A stretch of 55,015 nt of DNA from a virus (taxonomy: Duplodnaviria > Caudoviricetes), in the IMG/VR virus record IMGVR_UViG_3300023179_000134, positions 1 through 55,015 of that record. One strand, 5' to 3'. Position numbers and translations under genes: made by a program. A model generated the notes under the pieces. The model saw nothing but the letters and a program-made list of their open reading frames with translations. It was not told the origin of the DNA and ran no database searches. Shown piece after piece: positions 53,009 through 55,015 of the stretch; the stretch's first letter is position 1; each line of letters begins with the position of its first letter.

Positions 53009-53664
53009 AGATACATAAGTTAAATTTTAAGAAATATAAAAATATTTTTAACTTGTTTTTTTTAAACTTAGATATTGATTTAAACGATAAAAAACTCTAC
53101 GGTATTAAACCATTTAGAAGTAGAAAAATACTTTATACTTTTTTTAACGGTGAAACATTAACAGTAATAAAAAAGAAAGGATTTAAACAAAGAGTAAGCG
53201 ATGATAGAAGTAAAAAAAGAATATTTAAAGTATTTAAACCTTCCTCAATACAATTAAAAATACTCAATAGCATGATTTTAGATGTAATTGATTATTTAAA
53301 AACTAAAAAAATAAATATTACATCTAATTTAGATATTACTTTTCATTTTGTTTCAATTAAAGCGTCTGTAAAAGGTGAAACAAATTCTCCAGAAGGCATA
53401 CATAGAGACGGTTTTGATATTTTAATACCTTGTATTGTGACAGAAAGATCAAATATTACCGGCGGATATTCTAGATTTTTTATTAAAAAACATAACAATT
53501 TTAAGCTTGTTTTTAAAAATATTACTAACGAAAATTACGGGTTATTAGTTGAAGAAAACAAAAACAAAGAACTTTACCATGATGTTACACCAATAAGATT
53601 AAAAAATAAAAATAAACCCGGGTATCGAAAAATAATTGGTATTGATATTAATTTTATACCGTAG
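53005..53664 (+). CDS. 2OG-Fe(II) dioxygenase (PF10014/BsmA-like)
   Basis: NSPEGIHRDG (HxD), RSNITGG, LYHDVTPI (distal His) and GYRKI. Confidence 0.75.
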   Translation: MKIHKLNFKKYKNIFNLFFLNLDIDLNDKKLYGIKPFRSRKILYTFFNGETLTVIKKKGFKQRVSDDRSKKRIFKVFKPSSIQLKILNSMILDVIDYLKTKKINITSNLDITFHFVSIKASVKGETNSPEGIHRDGFDILIPCIVTERSNITGGYSRFFIKKHNNFKLVFKNITNENYGLLVEENKNKELYHDVTPIRLKNKNKPGYRKIIGIDINFIP

Positions 53665-53692
53665 ATTTTTTTATTACCGTAGATTTTTTTAT
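53657..53692 (+). repeat. Perfect 18-bp tandem duplication taccgtagatttttttat
   Basis: Two adjacent identical copies spanning the stop codon of the dioxygenase gene. Confidence 0.9.
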
Positions 53693-53712
53693 TTAAACAC
53701 GTAAATTAACTT

Positions 53713-53910
53713 ATGTCAACGCCAGCAAAAGTAGGTTCAGGTGCACCGGGTCATAAAAATTCTAAGCATAGGTTTAGATATTTAGGCGATAAAAAGGTAC
53801 AGCCGGTTATGACAAAAGGCGGCAAAATGATTGGATATATCGATGGGGAAGCTGTTGTCGATTCTAATGGAAGAGAGATACCCTTTAAAAAGATTGGTGA
53901 ATTACGTTAA
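53713..53910 (+). CDS. Small basic hypothetical protein
   Basis: 65-aa ORF filling the gap; converges with the next gene through a shared TTAA. Confidence 0.6.
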   Translation: MSTPAKVGSGAPGHKNSKHRFRYLGDKKVQPVMTKGGKMIGYIDGEAVVDSNGREIPFKKIGELR

Positions 53911-54101
53911 GCGTCGTAAGGTATTGTTCTAAAAGCCCACTGGTCGTATATGTAATAACTAGTTAAAGCTGGTGTTATAGTTGAATCGACTGTTATAGAA
54001 GTTGTTGCTGGATATAGAGTACTATCTACATTGGTAAGATTTACAAACGATTGTGCAAACCTTGTTACAGGTGAATCCACTTTAACTACTTGAATTGCCA
54101 T
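53907..54101 (-). CDS. Small hypothetical late protein
   Basis: TAAATA-N5-ATG on the minus strand. Confidence 0.65.
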   Translation of the reverse strand: MAIQVVKVDSPVTRFAQSFVNLTNVDSTLYPATTSITVDSTITPALTSYYIYDQWAFRTIPYDA

Positions 54102-54147
54102 AATAATATTTATTCTAATATAGTCGCTTTCTTTATTAAATAATGAT

Positions 54148-55015
54148 ATGGCCTATAATTCCGCAGTTTTTGGAACACCAGAACTACCTGAGGCCAATAA
54201 ATTTATTGAAATAACCAATGATTCTAGATTTCCCCCTGTTTCAGTAACAAGGTGGGATTATAGGGATTCAGGAACAGCATTAAGCTCAGTAGATGTTTTT
54301 TCAAAATACGGTATTATTACGTATTTAGCAAACGCAGCTGATATTAATTTAGTTCTTTCTGCCTCAGAAGTAGATATTGGTAATGTAGGTGTATTAGATA
54401 ACTCAACACTACCCGGTACCACCATTTATGCGCAAGTAGTCAACGACCAGCCTAACGGTGGTGGCGGTGCGTTAATGGGGTCTTTAAGAGTTAAGACACA
54501 AGATTACCCTCAATTAGATGCATTGACTGCAAAAGATTTTTCAACCGATACAACATTAAGAGCTTTAACTGCTGTAACTTATAATAATATAGTTACTAAT
54601 ACAGTTGCTATTAGTACAACACAAACGCTTCCCATATCAGGTTCTGTTACAGTTTTAAACCCGGTAACCTCAGTACAAGTTAATGGTTCAGTCGCTACAA
54701 ACTTTAACCCCACACAAGTTGATGCTTTTAATAGGTTAAGAATTTCTTCTCCTCTTACTTTGTTTGATTCTTCACACCGTTACCGAGATAATAATTTATG
54801 GTCAACATTATCAGCAGGCGGTGGTTCTGTTTCTTTCAATCTAACACAAGGTCTGGTAGATTTAAACGTTACAAATGCTGCTGGAGCGAGTGCATTAAGA
54901 GAAACTACCAAAGTATTTTCATATCAACCTGGTAAATCGTTGCTTGTATTGAATACCTTTGTGATGGCAGCTTCTGCTACCGGTTTAGTACAAAAGGTAG
55001 GTTATTTTGGTACCG
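54148..55015 (+). CDS. Virion-type protein, partial; runs off the right edge and is missing from the ORF track
   Basis: TAAATA-N5-ATG. Open frame MAYNSAVFGTPELPE...DAFNRLRISSPLTLFDSSHRYRDNNLW...RETTKVFSYQPGKS to the window end. Confidence 0.8.
   Translation, partial: MAYNSAVFGTPELPEANKFIEITNDSRFPPVSVTRWDYRDSGTALSSVDVFSKYGIITYLANAADINLVLSASEVDIGNVGVLDNSTLPGTTIYAQVVNDQPNGGGGALMGSLRVKTQDYPQLDALTAKDFSTDTTLRALTAVTYNNIVTNTVAISTTQTLPISGSVTVLNPVTSVQVNGSVATNFNPTQVDAFNRLRISSPLTLFDSSHRYRDNNLWSTLSAGGGSVSFNLTQGLVDLNVTNAAGASALRETTKVFSYQPGKSLLVLNTFVMAASATGLVQKVGYFGT

Noticed and set aside
1-55015. Stop-codon reassignment and host assignment
   Set aside because: Long ORFs are intact in the standard code and end in TAA, TAG and TGA. 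Nothing in the window identifies the host reliably.

Overview
This window is a 55-kb AT-rich segment of a large T4-like (contractile-tailed) bacteriophage genome using the standard genetic code (TAA, TAG and TGA all close long ORFs). It holds the large terminase, tail sheath/tube/tape-measure/baseplate genes, a probable small terminase, dUTPase, a clamp-loader subunit, a long run of large tail/appendage proteins, a tmRNA, an initiator-type tRNA-Met, a SpeD-like gene and a 2OG-Fe(II) oxygenase gene. The most striking feature is a candidate phage-encoded mucin-type protein O-glycosylation system. A five-gene glycosyltransferase/methyltransferase operon (30655-37189) is led by a GT60/PF11397-like polypeptide GlcNAc-transferase and sits between virion-type genes carrying long Thr/Pro (PTVT/TETP) tracts, up to about 725 residues. 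Other highlights: a TAAATA-N5/6-start architecture implying leaderless late mRNAs; a tmRNA with a 33-residue acidic tag lacking the usual Ala-Ala end; and a nested in-frame gene start. All family assignments come from motif recognition by eye; no searches were run.
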